Source of the DNA: an uncultured Woeseiaceae bacterium
Lineage (GTDB): Bacteria; Pseudomonadota; Gammaproteobacteria; Steroidobacterales; Woeseiaceae
Length of the DNA stretch: 64,000 nt
Direction of reading: 5' to 3'
Assembly: GCA_963976215.1 (NCBI GenBank)
Contig: CAXBJV010000014.1
Coordinates: forward strand, 6,158 to 70,157
The notes beneath the pieces were generated by a model that searched no databases, was not told the DNA's origin, and saw nothing but the letters and a program-made list of their open reading frames with translations. Both the position numbers and the translations under genes were made by a program. This document shows, in pieces, positions 9,046 through 20,031 of the stretch. The first letter of the stretch is position 1, and each line of letters begins with the position of its first letter.

Positions 9046-9633
9046 TTACTGCGACGGCGTCGCGGCGTCCATCTTTTTGATCAGCTGCAGCACGCGCTTC
9101 AGGTTGGCATAACGGTCGACAATGGTGAGCATGTTTGAGTCCGGGTGGCCTACCAGGTGCCCTTGCTTTGGCAGCATCGGACGCAGGATGGGCACAAAGA
9201 GTCGCGCATCCGCGTCCTCAATCTCGATGAGCATCGTCACCCATTCTTCGTCAGCAATGGAGCCGTCTAATTTGTCAATCAACGGCAGCGGGTATTGCCG
9301 AATGCGATCGACGCTGACAATGCTGGTGAGGCCATCGTAGTTCACAGCTGCAAGCTGGTTGTTACGCAATACGATTAGCAGCGTGTCGTAGTCCATTCTT
9401 CGTGTCTCGACTTGTCCGACAACAATGTTGGGATCAATATTGCGTTCAACGACAAACACCTTGCCGGTCTTCTTGCTGACCGCATCGAGCACAGTCATCA
9501 GCTCTATACGCGGTAACTGCTGCGCCTCAGAGTGATCCTGTTCGGCAGCAAAAACCGGTAATGCAAGCAGACAGGACAGCACAGCGAGTGCCGAAAATCG
9601 AATGATCATGTTGTCTCTCCCCTTGGAATGCAC
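9046..9633 (-). CDS. Periplasmic protein resembling secretin (GspD-type) N0-N1 domains without a secretin pore domain
   Basis: 195 aa with a signal peptide. VLDAVSKKTGKVFVVERNIDPNIVVG...LLIVLRNNQLAAV resembles N0. ADARLFVPILRPMLPKQGHLVGHPDSNMLTIVDRYANLKRVLQLIKKMD resembles N1. Judged by pattern only. Confidence 0.55.
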   Translation of the reverse strand: MHSKGRDNMIIRFSALAVLSCLLALPVFAAEQDHSEAQQLPRIELMTVLDAVSKKTGKVFVVERNIDPNIVVGQVETRRMDYDTLLIVLRNNQLAAVNYDGLTSIVSVDRIRQYPLPLIDKLDGSIADEEWVTMLIEIEDADARLFVPILRPMLPKQGHLVGHPDSNMLTIVDRYANLKRVLQLIKKMDAATPSQ

Positions 9634-9695
9634 CCAGTTAAACGCAGCGATCCTGCAAGACGGGTTAATATGGCGCCACTACAGGTGAGAATACA

Positions 9696-11741
9696 ATGAT
9701 CAAAACGAACAGCTATGTATACGGCCAATGGGTCGAGGGAGACAGCGACGGCAAGCAAATCCGTCACGCCGTTTCCGGCAAGCCGGTCGCAACCGTCAGT
9801 AGTGCGGGCGTCGATTTCAACAAAGTGCTGACTTATGGGCGTAGCGTTGGTGGGCCCGCTCTCAGAGCACTAACCATCCATGAGCGTGCTGTTGCACTCA
9901 AGGAACTCGCCAAGCATCTGCTGACATGCAAAGACGAGCTCTACAGGATTTCGGCATGTACCGGTGCCACCAGGGGTGATAGCTGGGTCGACATTGACGG
10001 TGGCATCGCGACGCTGTTTTCATTTTCCGGAATTGCGCGTCGCGAATTCGCTAACGAAAAATTCATTGTCGAAGGCGAGCCCGAACGGCTGTCAAAAGAA
10101 AATACGTTTGCAGCACGCCACATCCTCGTACCCAAGCTCGGCGTCTCGGTACACATCAACGCCTTCAATTTTCCCTGCTGGGGCATGCTGGAAAAAATCG
10201 CTCCAAGCCTGGTTGCGGGCGTACCGGTTGTCGTCAAACCGGCGACCGATTCCTCTTACCTGACTGAAGCCATGGTGCGCGAGATCGTGGCGTCCGGTCT
10301 CCTGCCCGACGGTGCTGTGCAACTGATATGTGGCTCAACCGGCGACTTGCTGGAACACCTGATTGAGCAGGACGCAGTGACCTTCACAGGCTCGGCAAGT
10401 ACCGGGCAGATGCTGCGTACGCACCCGAACATCATTGCGAGAAGCATACCGTTCAACATGGAGGCCGATTCGCTCAACTGCTGCATCCTGGGCGAGACCG
10501 TGCAGGAAGATGATCCCGAGTTCGAGCTCTTCATCAAAGAAGTGGTTCGCGAGATGACGGCCAAGGCCGGGCAGAAGTGCACGGCTATCCGCCGCGTACT
10601 GGTTCCGGCCAGCAAAGTCGAAGCCGTAAGCAATGCGCTGAACAAACGCCTCGACAAGGTGGTGATCGGCGATCCGGCCGTCGAGGGCGTGCGCATGGGC
10701 CCGCTGCTCGGGGCAGGGCAGAGAGCAGATGTGCACGAAAACGTACTGAAGCTGGCCGAACAATGCGAGCTGCTGCGCGGCGGCAACGATAAGTTCGATA
10801 TCGTGGGTGATGACGTTTCGCGGGACGCGTTCTATCCGCCCACGTTACTGCTCTGCAAGGATCCTCTGAATACCGAGGCACCCCATTCAATCGAGGCCTT
10901 TGGCCCGGTCAGTACATTAATGCCGTACACAGGGCTCGACGAAGCAGTACACATCGCAAGCCTTGGTCGCGGCAGCCTGGCAGGCTCCGTTTTTACCTAC
11001 AACAATGAAGAGGCCGGTGACCTGATTCTGGGTTGCGCGGCCTATCACGGTCGCATGCTGGTGATCGATCGTGACTGTGCAGGCGAATCCACCGGACACG
11101 GTTCACCGTTGCCGATGCTGGTGCATGGCGGCCCGGGACGAGCCGGCGGTGGCGAAGAGCTCGGCGGGGCGCGTGCCGTGAAACACTACATGCAACGCAC
11201 CTCGATCCAGGGTTCACCGACAATGTTGATGGCGATTACTCGGGAGTACATGTCGGGTGCGCAGACGATCAACAAGGATGTGCATCCATTCCGGCGTTAT
11301 TTCGATGACCTCGACATCGGCGAAAGCCTGACAACACATCGGCGCACTGTAACGGAAGCGGACATCGTCAACTTTGGCTGCCTGTCCGGCGATCATTTCT
11401 ATGCACACTTTGACGAGCTCGCGGCGAAGGACTCGTTCTTTGGCAAGCGTGTAGCCCACGGTTATTTTGTAATCTCCGCCGCTGCCGGAATGTTTGTCGA
11501 ACCATCACCCGGGCCGGTGCTGGCGAACTACGGCCTGGAAAACTTGCGTTTTATCGAACCGGTTGGCATTGGCGATACCATCCAGGCGAGGATCACGGTG
11601 AAAAGAAAGATCAGAAAAGACCGGCGCCCGGAGGATGATCAGGCGACCGGTGTGGTGGTCTGGGCCGTCGAAGTATTCAACCAGGAAGAGGAAGTCGTAG
11701 CGATTTACGACATTCTTACGCTGGTTGTTCGCAAAGAGTGA
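9696..11741 (+). CDS. paaZ: Bifunctional oxepin-CoA hydrolase / 3-oxo-5,6-dehydrosuberyl-CoA semialdehyde dehydrogenase
   Basis: 681 aa, the same length as E. coli PaaZ. It shows near-colinear motif identity ([26 protein letters not shown], [25 protein letters not shown], MaoC C-terminal domain). Confidence 0.95.
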   Translation: MIKTNSYVYGQWVEGDSDGKQIRHAVSGKPVATVSSAGVDFNKVLTYGRSVGGPALRALTIHERAVALKELAKHLLTCKDELYRISACTGATRGDSWVDIDGGIATLFSFSGIARREFANEKFIVEGEPERLSKENTFAARHILVPKLGVSVHINAFNFPCWGMLEKIAPSLVAGVPVVVKPATDSSYLTEAMVREIVASGLLPDGAVQLICGSTGDLLEHLIEQDAVTFTGSASTGQMLRTHPNIIARSIPFNMEADSLNCCILGETVQEDDPEFELFIKEVVREMTAKAGQKCTAIRRVLVPASKVEAVSNALNKRLDKVVIGDPAVEGVRMGPLLGAGQRADVHENVLKLAEQCELLRGGNDKFDIVGDDVSRDAFYPPTLLLCKDPLNTEAPHSIEAFGPVSTLMPYTGLDEAVHIASLGRGSLAGSVFTYNNEEAGDLILGCAAYHGRMLVIDRDCAGESTGHGSPLPMLVHGGPGRAGGGEELGGARAVKHYMQRTSIQGSPTMLMAITREYMSGAQTINKDVHPFRRYFDDLDIGESLTTHRRTVTEADIVNFGCLSGDHFYAHFDELAAKDSFFGKRVAHGYFVISAAAGMFVEPSPGPVLANYGLENLRFIEPVGIGDTIQARITVKRKIRKDRRPEDDQATGVVVWAVEVFNQEEEVVAIYDILTLVVRKE

Positions 11742-12181
11742 CGCCGATGAACGACGATACGCTGGCGCGCCGCTGTGTCGACGCAATGTGGAAATCGGAC
11801 AGCGCTTCGAAAGCGCTGGGCATGCAGGTCGACAGCATCGCAAAGGGGCGTGCGCAGGTGAGCATGACCGTGCGTGACGACATGGTTAACGGGCACGACC
11901 TGTGCCACGGCGGTATGATTTTTTCGCTGGCTGACTCGGCATTCGCGTTTGCCTGCAATTCTGAGAACCAGAGCGCGGTCGCGGCGAGTTGCAGCATCGA
12001 CTATGTCCGGCCAGCGCGTCGCGGCGATACACTGGTTGCTAAAGCCGCGGTGGTTAACCAGGGTAAGCGCAGCGGTCTCTACGACGTCACTATCAGCAAC
12101 CAGGAAAATCAGCTCATCGCAGAATTTCGCGGTCGCTCGGCGCGACTGGGCCACCCGCTTCTGCACGAGGATATTGAATGA
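11738..12181 (+). CDS. paaI: Hydroxyphenylacetyl-CoA thioesterase (hotdog fold)
   Basis: The motif HGGMIFSLADSAFAFACNS is present. GTGA overlap with the paaZ stop. An ATG at 11747 is an alternative start. Confidence 0.85.
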   Translation: MTPMNDDTLARRCVDAMWKSDSASKALGMQVDSIAKGRAQVSMTVRDDMVNGHDLCHGGMIFSLADSAFAFACNSENQSAVAASCSIDYVRPARRGDTLVAKAAVVNQGKRSGLYDVTISNQENQLIAEFRGRSARLGHPLLHEDIE

Positions 12182-13383
12182 AAGATGCATTTATTTGTGA
12201 CGCGATTCGCACCCCGATAGGCCGTTATGGCGGTGCGCTTTCGTCAGTACGGGCCGACGATCTCGGTGCGTTGCCGATCAAGGCGTTAATCGAGCGCAAC
12301 CCGAACGCTGACTGGAGCGGTGTCGAAGATGTGTTCTACGGTTGTGCCAATCAAGCGGGTGAGGACAATCGAAACGTTGCGCGGATGAGTGGACTGTTAG
12401 CGGGACTGCCGGCGGGGGTGCCCGGCAGTACGATCAATCGCCTTTGCGGTTCCGGGATGGATGCTGTGGGCACTGCGAGCCGGGCAATCAAGTGCGGCGA
12501 AATGCAGCTTGCGATTGCGGGCGGCGTCGAGTCGATGTCGCGCGCACCGTTTGTCATGGCCAAGGCCGACTCGGCGTTCAGCCGCAACGCCGAGATGTAC
12601 GACACGACGATCGGCTGGCGCTTCGTCAATCGCTTGATGAAAGCGCAGTACGGTATCGACTCGATGCCGGAAACGGCTGAAAACGTCGCCGAGCAGTTTG
12701 CTATCAGCCGCGAGGACCAGGACGCATTTGCCTTGTTGAGTCAGCAACGCGCCGCAACAGCGCGAGACAATGGCACGCTCGCCGAGGAAATCGTCGCGGT
12801 CAGCATTCCCCAGCGTAAGAAAGACGACCTTGTAGTAAGTGACGATGAACACATCCGTGCAGACAGTTCGCTGCATGCGCTGGCGAAACTGGGCACGCCG
12901 TTTCGACAGGGCGGCACCATAACCGCGGGCAACGCGTCCGGTGTGAACGATGGCGCCTGTGCTTTGCTACTCGCGTCAGAGGACGGGGCAAAGCAGCATG
13001 GCCTGACGCCGCGTGCGCGAGTGCTCGGAATGGCGACCGCGGGCGTCGAGCCACGCATCATGGGCTTCGGTCCGGCACCTGCGACACGCAAGGTCTTGAA
13101 GCAGGTGGGCCTCAAACTTGAGCAGATGGATGTGATCGAGCTGAATGAAGCGTTCGCGGCACAGGGCCTGGCCGTGATGCGCGACCTTGGCCTTGCTGAC
13201 GATGCCGATCACGTTAATCCGAACGGCGGCGCGATTGCGCTGGGTCATCCGCTGGGCATGAGTGGCGCACGGCTTGTCACAACGGCGATGTACCAGTTAC
13301 ATCGAACGGGCGGTCGCTACGCGTTGTGCACGATGTGTATTGGTGTCGGTCAGGGTATTGCGCTGATTATCGAACGCGTCTAG
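12178..13383 (+). CDS. paaJ: 3-oxoadipyl-CoA / 3-oxo-5,6-dehydrosuberyl-CoA thiolase
   Basis: 401-aa thiolase (NRLCGSGMDAV, C-terminal CIGVGQG). ATGA overlap with paaI. Confidence 0.9.
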   Translation: MKDAFICDAIRTPIGRYGGALSSVRADDLGALPIKALIERNPNADWSGVEDVFYGCANQAGEDNRNVARMSGLLAGLPAGVPGSTINRLCGSGMDAVGTASRAIKCGEMQLAIAGGVESMSRAPFVMAKADSAFSRNAEMYDTTIGWRFVNRLMKAQYGIDSMPETAENVAEQFAISREDQDAFALLSQQRAATARDNGTLAEEIVAVSIPQRKKDDLVVSDDEHIRADSSLHALAKLGTPFRQGGTITAGNASGVNDGACALLLASEDGAKQHGLTPRARVLGMATAGVEPRIMGFGPAPATRKVLKQVGLKLEQMDVIELNEAFAAQGLAVMRDLGLADDADHVNPNGGAIALGHPLGMSGARLVTTAMYQLHRTGGRYALCTMCIGVGQGIALIIERV

Positions 13384-13459
13384 GCCCGTCCGGCGCGGGT
13401 CCAGCGAGTGACCCCCTTTGCCACCTAAAAAGGAGTACAGTGGATCGTAGAGGTTAACG

Positions 13460-14800
13460 ATGCGCATGCTGAAGCTTCTTCTGCTGTTGATGGCCGTGAT
13501 CCTGACCGGTGGGTCGGGTGCCTCTGAGCGCAGTATCTGGCTGGTCGACCTGGACGGTGCCGTCGGTCCGGCCACGGCGGACCTCGTAATCCGCAGCATC
13601 GACAATGCGGCAGACGCCGGCGCCGCGGCCATCGTTATTCGGATCGACACGCCGGGCGGCCTTGATCGCGCCATGCGCGACATCGTCAAAGCGATTCTTG
13701 CATCCCGCATTCCGGTCGTCACCTACGTCTCGCCGGATGGTGCCCGGGCGGCGAGCGCGGGGACCTACATCGTGACCGCCAGTCATTTTGCCGCCATGGC
13801 GCCAGCCACCAATATCGGATCTTCGACGCCCGTAAGCCTTGGCTCAGCGGCGCCGTTTTCGCCGGATGGGCAAGGCGACGAGCCGGGCGCCGAAACGCCG
13901 CAGTCGGCCGATGCGATGACGCGAAAAGTCGTCAACGATGCGGTGGCCTACCTGCAAAGCCTGGCCGAGTTGCGCGGGCGCAATGTTGAGTGGGCCGAAA
14001 AGACGGTGCGAGAGGGGGCCAATCTCCGCGCGAGCGAGGCCCTCGAACTCGGCGTTATCGACATTGTTGCGCCAGACTTGCCTACGCTGCTTGAAAGCCT
14101 CGACGGTAAAGCAGTCGAGATCGATGGCAAAACGATTGTGCTCGCGACTGGCGATCCGACTGTCGTCCAGGTGGAGACGGACTGGCGCCACGAAGTTCTC
14201 AGCATCATCACCGATCCGTCCATTGCTTATATTCTATTGATGGTCGGTTTTTACGGCCTGATTCTCGAGTTTTACAACCCCGGCATGCTCGTGCCCGCGG
14301 TGGTCGGCGGCATCAGTCTGCTGCTGGCTGCGTACGGCTTGCAAATGCTGCCCATCAATTACGTCGGTTTCGCGCTACTGCTGCTAGGCATAGCGCTGAT
14401 GATCGCAGAGGTCCTGTCGCCCAGCTTCGGCGTATTCGGCATCGGTGGCATTGCGGCATTCGTAATAGGGTCCGTCATGCTCATTGATACCGATCTGCCG
14501 GGTTTTCAGCTGCCGTTGTCGATTATTGCAGGGGTCGCGTTCTCGGCCGCCTTTCTTACCTTCATCACCGTTGGCGCTGCCGTGCGCGCGCGTCGCCGCC
14601 CCATTGTCAGTGGAGTTGAAGGGATGCTTGGCGGTGAGGGAAAAGTGCTGGAGGACTTTGACGGTACCGGTCGTGTGCAGGCGTTCGGTGAAAACTGGGA
14701 GGCACATTGTGACCGGCCATTGCGCCGGAACGATCGTGTCCGCGTAACGGCAGTCGAAGGTCTGGCGCTCAATGTCGAGCCGATTCAGGAGGAGGAATAA
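13460..14800 (+). CDS. NfeD family membrane-bound ClpP-class serine protease
   Basis: 446 aa with a signal peptide, a ClpP-like domain, four to five TM segments and a C-terminal OB-like NfeD domain. It lies immediately upstream of an SPFH gene. Confidence 0.85.
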   Translation: MRMLKLLLLLMAVILTGGSGASERSIWLVDLDGAVGPATADLVIRSIDNAADAGAAAIVIRIDTPGGLDRAMRDIVKAILASRIPVVTYVSPDGARAASAGTYIVTASHFAAMAPATNIGSSTPVSLGSAAPFSPDGQGDEPGAETPQSADAMTRKVVNDAVAYLQSLAELRGRNVEWAEKTVREGANLRASEALELGVIDIVAPDLPTLLESLDGKAVEIDGKTIVLATGDPTVVQVETDWRHEVLSIITDPSIAYILLMVGFYGLILEFYNPGMLVPAVVGGISLLLAAYGLQMLPINYVGFALLLLGIALMIAEVLSPSFGVFGIGGIAAFVIGSVMLIDTDLPGFQLPLSIIAGVAFSAAFLTFITVGAAVRARRRPIVSGVEGMLGGEGKVLEDFDGTGRVQAFGENWEAHCDRPLRRNDRVRVTAVEGLALNVEPIQEEE

Positions 14801-14802
14801 TC

Positions 14803-15567
14803 ATGGAACTGTTTACCAGCATTGTCCTGGCAGTCGTCGTTGCGTTACTGGCCAGCGCGATCCGTATCTTGCGGGAGTATCAACGCGGTGTCGTATTCAT
14901 GCTCGGACGCTTCTACAAGGTAAAGGGTCCCGGCCTGATTATCATCATCCCGATCGTGCAACAGATGGTCCGCGTCGACCTGCGCACGCTGGTCCTCGAT
15001 ATTCCCACTCAGGATTTGATCACTCGTGACAATGTGTCGGTCAAAGTGAATGCGGTGCTCTACTTTCGCGTGGTAGACCCCGAGCGGGCCATTATCAATG
15101 TCGAAAACTACATCGAAGCGACCGGTCAGCTGGCACAAACCACCCTGCGCTCGGTGCTCGGACAGCATGAGCTCGATGAGTTGCTGGCCGAACGTGAGCG
15201 CCTGAACCATGACATTCAGAAAATCCTCGATGAGCAGACCGATATCTGGGGTATCAAGGTGAGTAATGTGGAAATCAAACACGTTGATATCGACGAGAGC
15301 ATGATTCGCGCAATAGCTAAACAGGCCGAAGCCGAGCGCGAAAGGCGGGCGAAGGTCATCCATGCCGATGGTGAAAACCAGGCGGCTGAGAAGCTGGTCG
15401 AAGCTGCGTCACAACTGAACACGCAGGCCGGGGCCATGCAGTTGCGCTACCTGCAAACTCTGGTTGAAATCGCGGGCGAGAAAAGCTCGACGATCGTGTT
15501 TCCGCTACCTGTGGATATCATGCAGGGGCTGAAAAGCATCTTGCAAAAAGAAGAAAGCCCGCCCTAG
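14803..15567 (+). CDS. SPFH/band-7 (stomatin-like) protein
   Basis: 254 aa. N-terminal TM segment, then [13 protein letters not shown] and the [12 protein letters not shown] coiled region. Confidence 0.9.
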   Translation: MELFTSIVLAVVVALLASAIRILREYQRGVVFMLGRFYKVKGPGLIIIIPIVQQMVRVDLRTLVLDIPTQDLITRDNVSVKVNAVLYFRVVDPERAIINVENYIEATGQLAQTTLRSVLGQHELDELLAERERLNHDIQKILDEQTDIWGIKVSNVEIKHVDIDESMIRAIAKQAEAERERRAKVIHADGENQAAEKLVEAASQLNTQAGAMQLRYLQTLVEIAGEKSSTIVFPLPVDIMQGLKSILQKEESPP

Positions 15568-15672
15568 GCCGGTTGCCGGGCAAAGCTCGCGGCAGGGTCT
15601 TGAAAGGCAAATCGACTTTTGATAAAAAATGCCGCGCTCGCCGACAGTCAAGCGGCGTTTACGACAATTCCG

Positions 15673-16413
15673 ATGCTAGAGATAGAAGGCCTGACAAAAC
15701 GTTATGGCCGGCACAAGGTTGTAGACAACCTGTCCTTTCGCTGTGGCCCCGGAGAAATACTGGGCTTTCTTGGACCAAACGGTGCCGGCAAATCCACGAC
15801 CATGAAAATGGTCACCGGATTCGTGGCGCCCAGTGCGGGTGCGGCCAGCGTTTGCGGCCACGATATCCAGTCCGAACCCCTGGCTGCGCGGCGGCGCATC
15901 GGCTACCTGCCGGAGGGCGCTCCGCTGTATGCGGAGATGAAACCGGGACAGTTTCTTGAGTTCATTGCCGACGTCCGTGGCTTGAGCGGCACAAAGCGAC
16001 GCGATCGACTCGCCGAAGTCATCGACTTGTTGCACCTCGGACCGGTGCTCAACCAGGGCATCGATACCTTGTCGAAAGGCTTCAAGCGGCGCGTCGGCCT
16101 TGCACAGGCAATCTTGCACGATCCCGACGTGTTAATTCTCGACGAACCCACCGATGGACTGGACCCAAATCAGAAGCACGAAGTTCGTGAGCTGATTCGC
16201 TCGATGTCCAAGGATAAGTTGATCGTGATTTCGACACACATCCTCGAGGAAGTCGAGGCGGTTTGCACGCGCGCCATCATCATCGCGGACGGGCGCTTGT
16301 TGGTTGATGACACACCCGCAGCACTGGCGGCCCGGGGCGATGGTGATCTTGAGGCTGTGTTCCGTCGTATTACGCAAGACGGATCGCCGATCGACGAAGA
16401 GAGGGCGGCATGA
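15673..16413 (+). CDS. ABC transporter ATP-binding protein (GldA-like)
   Basis: Start chosen at MLEIEGLTKRYG. Walker A GPNGAGKST, signature LSKGFKRR, Walker B LILDEPT. Confidence 0.85.
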   Translation: MLEIEGLTKRYGRHKVVDNLSFRCGPGEILGFLGPNGAGKSTTMKMVTGFVAPSAGAASVCGHDIQSEPLAARRRIGYLPEGAPLYAEMKPGQFLEFIADVRGLSGTKRRDRLAEVIDLLHLGPVLNQGIDTLSKGFKRRVGLAQAILHDPDVLILDEPTDGLDPNQKHEVRELIRSMSKDKLIVISTHILEEVEAVCTRAIIIADGRLLVDDTPAALAARGDGDLEAVFRRITQDGSPIDEERAA

Positions 16414-17144
16414 ACATGATCCGAGCGCTGGTTCGCCGTGAGCTGCAAAGCTATTTTGCGACGCCTGTTGCCTATGTCTTTATCGTCATTTTCCTGATGT
16501 TGATGGGTGCGTTCACATTCTACCTGGGTGGTTTTTACGAACGCGGTCAGGCCGACCTGCGTGCATTCTTCAACTTCCATCCCTGGCTTTACCTGTTTCT
16601 GGTGCCGGCGTTGTCGATGCGCCTGTGGGCCGAAGAGCGCAAGTCTGGCACGATCGAATTGCTCATGACGCTGCCCGTTACCCCGTTGCAGGCAGTCCTC
16701 GGCAAGTTTTTGGCGGCTTGGGCATTCGCCGGGATCGCGCTCGCGTTAACGTTTCCGATCTGGTTGACAGTCAATTACCTGGGCGACCCGGACAATGGCG
16801 TCATCCTGGCCGCGTACATCGGCAGTTTTTTAATGGCCGGCGGATTCCTGGCCATTGGTGCGTGCCTGTCGGCATTTACGCGCAACCAGGTGGTAGCTTT
16901 TGTGCTGACCGTGGTTGCCTGCTTCGGGTTTCTGCTTTCCGGGTTTGCGCTGGTTCTGGATATGTTCTCCAGTTGGGCGCCGCAAGTCATCGTTGACGGG
17001 ATCGCATCACTAAGTTTCCTGACACACTTTGAGGACATTTCACGCGGCGTAATCGACATTCGCGACCTCCTCTACTTCGCCCTGGTTATCGTTACTTTTC
17101 TTTACGCGAACACGATTGTGCTCGGCTGGAAGAAGGCAGACTGA
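16410..17144 (+). CDS. ABC-2 type permease (GldF-like)
   Basis: 244 aa with six TM segments. 4-nt overlap with the ATPase gene. Confidence 0.8.
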   Translation: MNMIRALVRRELQSYFATPVAYVFIVIFLMLMGAFTFYLGGFYERGQADLRAFFNFHPWLYLFLVPALSMRLWAEERKSGTIELLMTLPVTPLQAVLGKFLAAWAFAGIALALTFPIWLTVNYLGDPDNGVILAAYIGSFLMAGGFLAIGACLSAFTRNQVVAFVLTVVACFGFLLSGFALVLDMFSSWAPQVIVDGIASLSFLTHFEDISRGVIDIRDLLYFALVIVTFLYANTIVLGWKKAD

Positions 17145-17146
17145 GC

Positions 17147-19048
17147 ATGAGTACACGAACTCGCAACCGCCTAGGTGCCTCAAGCCTTGTTCTTTTGATG
17201 GTGGCTTTTGTCATCGCGGTCACAGTTTCAAATCAGCTTTTCAAGGGCGTGCGAATCGACCTGACCGAAAATCGGCTGTATACGCTGAGCGAGGGAACCA
17301 GGCGCATCGTTCGCGATATTGAGGAACCGTTGAATCTGTATTTCTTTTTCTCGGATGAGGCGACACGGGATGTGCCGAGTTTGCGTAGCTACGCCAATCG
17401 CGTCAGGGAAATGCTCGAAGAGATTGCGGATGCCAGTCGCGGCAAGATTCGCCTTAGCGTTGTCGACCCGTTGCCATTTTCCGAAGAAGAGGACCAGGCA
17501 GCCCAATTCGGCTTGCAGGACGTAGTGTTAAGCGCGACGCCCGACCCGGTGTTCTTCGGCCTCGCCGGTACCAACAGTATTGGCGACGAAGAGGTCATCG
17601 CATTCTTTCAGCCCGACAGGGAGACCTCGCTCGAATACGACCTGGCGAAGCTTATCAGCACCCTGGCGAACCCGGAGCGAAGCGTCGTAGGATTGGTGTC
17701 GGGTGTCTCCATGACCGGTCAGTTCGATCCGCAAACGCAACGCATGCAACAGCCCTGGATGGTCTATCAACAGGCCCGCCAACTTTTTGAGATTCGCGAC
17801 CTGGGCGCGTCCTTCGAGGCCGTACCCGATGACATCGGCCTGTTATGGATTGTGCAGCCCAAGAACCTTTCTGCGGCAAGCCAGTATGCGATTGACCAAT
17901 TTGTCATGCGTGGAGGCAAAGCGCTGATATTCGTGGATCCGGTTGCCGCTGTCGACGCCACCGCGGCGGACGGCATGCCGCAGGGTATGCCGCCGATGGG
18001 CCAGAGTTCCGATTTGCCGTTGCTGTTCGAGGGTTGGGGCATCAGGTTCGATACGCAGGAAGTGGTCGCCGACGCACAGCTCGCCTTGCAGGTTAATTCG
18101 GGAATGAGCAATCGCCTGACTCGCCACTATGGCTACCTCGGACTCACGCCCGATCAAATCAATGCTACCGACATTGTCACGACGGAACTCGGCACGCTTA
18201 ACATGGCGATGCCCGGCCAGCTCGGCATCGCTGAAGGCAGTGCGGTCTCGCTGGAACCGCTGCTAAGCTCAAGTTTCGCGTCCGCGATCCTGCCCGCATC
18301 ACGGTTCTCGTTCCTGCCCGACCCGGCCGCACTGCAACGTGATTTTACTGCCTCCGGCGAACAGCACGTGATCGCCGCACGGTTCAGTGGTGCTTTGCGC
18401 AGCGCCTTTCCGGAGGGCAGGCCCTCTTTGATACCTGACCAGGTTGATACGTCCGGTGACGGGAACGACGACGATAGTCACCTGGAAGAATCGACCGGGC
18501 CGGTGAACCTCATCGTCGTCGCCGACGTCGATTTGCTGAGCGATTCAATGTGGGTTCAATTGCAGAGTTTCTTTGGCCAGCAGATCGCCAACGCGTTCGC
18601 GAGCAATGGCGCATTCGTCGTCAATTCGCTGGAGAACCTCGCGGGCAGCTCCGACCTGATTGCCGTTCGCAGCCGCGGCAGCTTTTCGCGGCCATTCACC
18701 AAGGTCGACGAACTGCGGATCGATGCCGAAGCACGCTTCCTGGAAACGGAACAGCGGTTGCAGCAGGAGCTCTCCGAAACGGAGCAGCGGCTGCGGGAAC
18801 TGCAGTCGTCGCGGGAAGACTCCGGAAGCCTGTTGCTGACAGACGAGCAACAGGCGGAAATCGATCGCTTTGTTGACCAACGCGCATCGATACGGAAAGA
18901 GCTTCGTGCTGTACAGCGCGGCCTGGACAGGGACATCGAAAACCTGGGCACATGGCTCAAGATCATCAATATCGGTCTTGTGCCGCTGTTGTTGACACTC
19001 GGCACGCTGATCGTCCTGTGGCGACAGCGCAGGAGATCGCGTGTATGA
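17147..19048 (+). CDS. GldG-like ABC-transporter auxiliary protein
   Basis: 633 aa with N- and C-terminal TM anchors around a large periplasmic domain. It follows the GldA/F-like genes. Confidence 0.75.
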   Translation: MSTRTRNRLGASSLVLLMVAFVIAVTVSNQLFKGVRIDLTENRLYTLSEGTRRIVRDIEEPLNLYFFFSDEATRDVPSLRSYANRVREMLEEIADASRGKIRLSVVDPLPFSEEEDQAAQFGLQDVVLSATPDPVFFGLAGTNSIGDEEVIAFFQPDRETSLEYDLAKLISTLANPERSVVGLVSGVSMTGQFDPQTQRMQQPWMVYQQARQLFEIRDLGASFEAVPDDIGLLWIVQPKNLSAASQYAIDQFVMRGGKALIFVDPVAAVDATAADGMPQGMPPMGQSSDLPLLFEGWGIRFDTQEVVADAQLALQVNSGMSNRLTRHYGYLGLTPDQINATDIVTTELGTLNMAMPGQLGIAEGSAVSLEPLLSSSFASAILPASRFSFLPDPAALQRDFTASGEQHVIAARFSGALRSAFPEGRPSLIPDQVDTSGDGNDDDSHLEESTGPVNLIVVADVDLLSDSMWVQLQSFFGQQIANAFASNGAFVVNSLENLAGSSDLIAVRSRGSFSRPFTKVDELRIDAEARFLETEQRLQQELSETEQRLRELQSSREDSGSLLLTDEQQAEIDRFVDQRASIRKELRAVQRGLDRDIENLGTWLKIINIGLVPLLLTLGTLIVLWRQRRRSRV

Positions 19049-20031
19049 CCCGGAAAACGGTACAGGCGCTGGTCGCGCTCGTCATCGCACTGGTGTTGCT
19101 ATTGTTCGTCGTTGATCGCCGCGGCAACGACATTGCGGCGGACCGGGAGGTCTTGCTTCCGGACCTTCGCGAGCACATAGGCAACGCGCAACAAATTCGC
19201 ATAACGCGCTCCAGCGATGGCGAAAACATAACCATCGACCGGGAGGGCGAACGCTGGCTGGTGCGTGAGCGCGATGGCTATCCGGCCGACGTTGACAAGC
19301 TCGGACTGCTGGTCAGCGACCTGGCGGATGCCGGTATTGTGGAAGAGAAAACATCGAATCCTGCGAATTACGCCCGACTGGGTGTCAATGATCCTGAAGA
19401 CGGCGGCAGCGGCGATCTTGTTGCTATTGACGGAGCGGGTTTCCTCTACTCGGTCATTCTCGGCCAATCGGCTCAGGGTGAATTTCGCTATGCCCGGGTT
19501 CCCGGCGAGGCAAGAAGCTTCCTTATTGATCGAAATCCCCCGGTTCCGGAAACAACCGGTGATTGGCTGGCGCCGGAAATCGTCGATATTCCGGCTAGCC
19601 GCATTCAGCGAGTGACTATTGCGCACGACGACGGCGAGACCATTGTGGTTGAGAAGACCGATGAGTCGCAAACCGACTTCGTGGTACTGGATATTCCGCA
19701 GGGTCGCGAGCTTAGCTACGCAACTATCGGTAACAGCATCGCTGGAGCGCTCGCGCAACTGCAGCTCGACGATGTGCGCCAGCGGGTTGACGCGCCAGCG
19801 TTGGCTTCCGCGCAATTTGACACCTGGGACGGTATGACACTATCCGTTGAGTTGGTCGGCGAGGGTGAAGCAAGCTGGCTGGCGTTTACAGCAGCATCGA
19901 CGGGTGAAGAAGCCGAGCACGAAGTGGCAACGATCAACGAACGACTGGCTGGCTGGCACTACCGGATCGCCGAGCACAAAAAGAACCAGCTGACCAGGCG
20001 CTGGGAGGATTTGCTCAGAACGACTGACTAG
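19045..20031 (+). CDS. DUF4340-like membrane-anchored protein
   Basis: The start MTRKTVQALVALVIALVLLLFVV makes an ATGA overlap with the gldG-like stop. The family call rests on position and architecture. Confidence 0.6.
   Translation: MTRKTVQALVALVIALVLLLFVVDRRGNDIAADREVLLPDLREHIGNAQQIRITRSSDGENITIDREGERWLVRERDGYPADVDKLGLLVSDLADAGIVEEKTSNPANYARLGVNDPEDGGSGDLVAIDGAGFLYSVILGQSAQGEFRYARVPGEARSFLIDRNPPVPETTGDWLAPEIVDIPASRIQRVTIAHDDGETIVVEKTDESQTDFVVLDIPQGRELSYATIGNSIAGALAQLQLDDVRQRVDAPALASAQFDTWDGMTLSVELVGEGEASWLAFTAASTGEEAEHEVATINERLAGWHYRIAEHKKNQLTRRWEDLLRTTD

Noticed and set aside
19099-19815. 238-aa minus-strand ORF inside the DUF4340-like gene.
   Set aside because: It is an antisense shadow ORF with no start context. 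The plus-strand gene is translationally coupled to the gldG-like gene.
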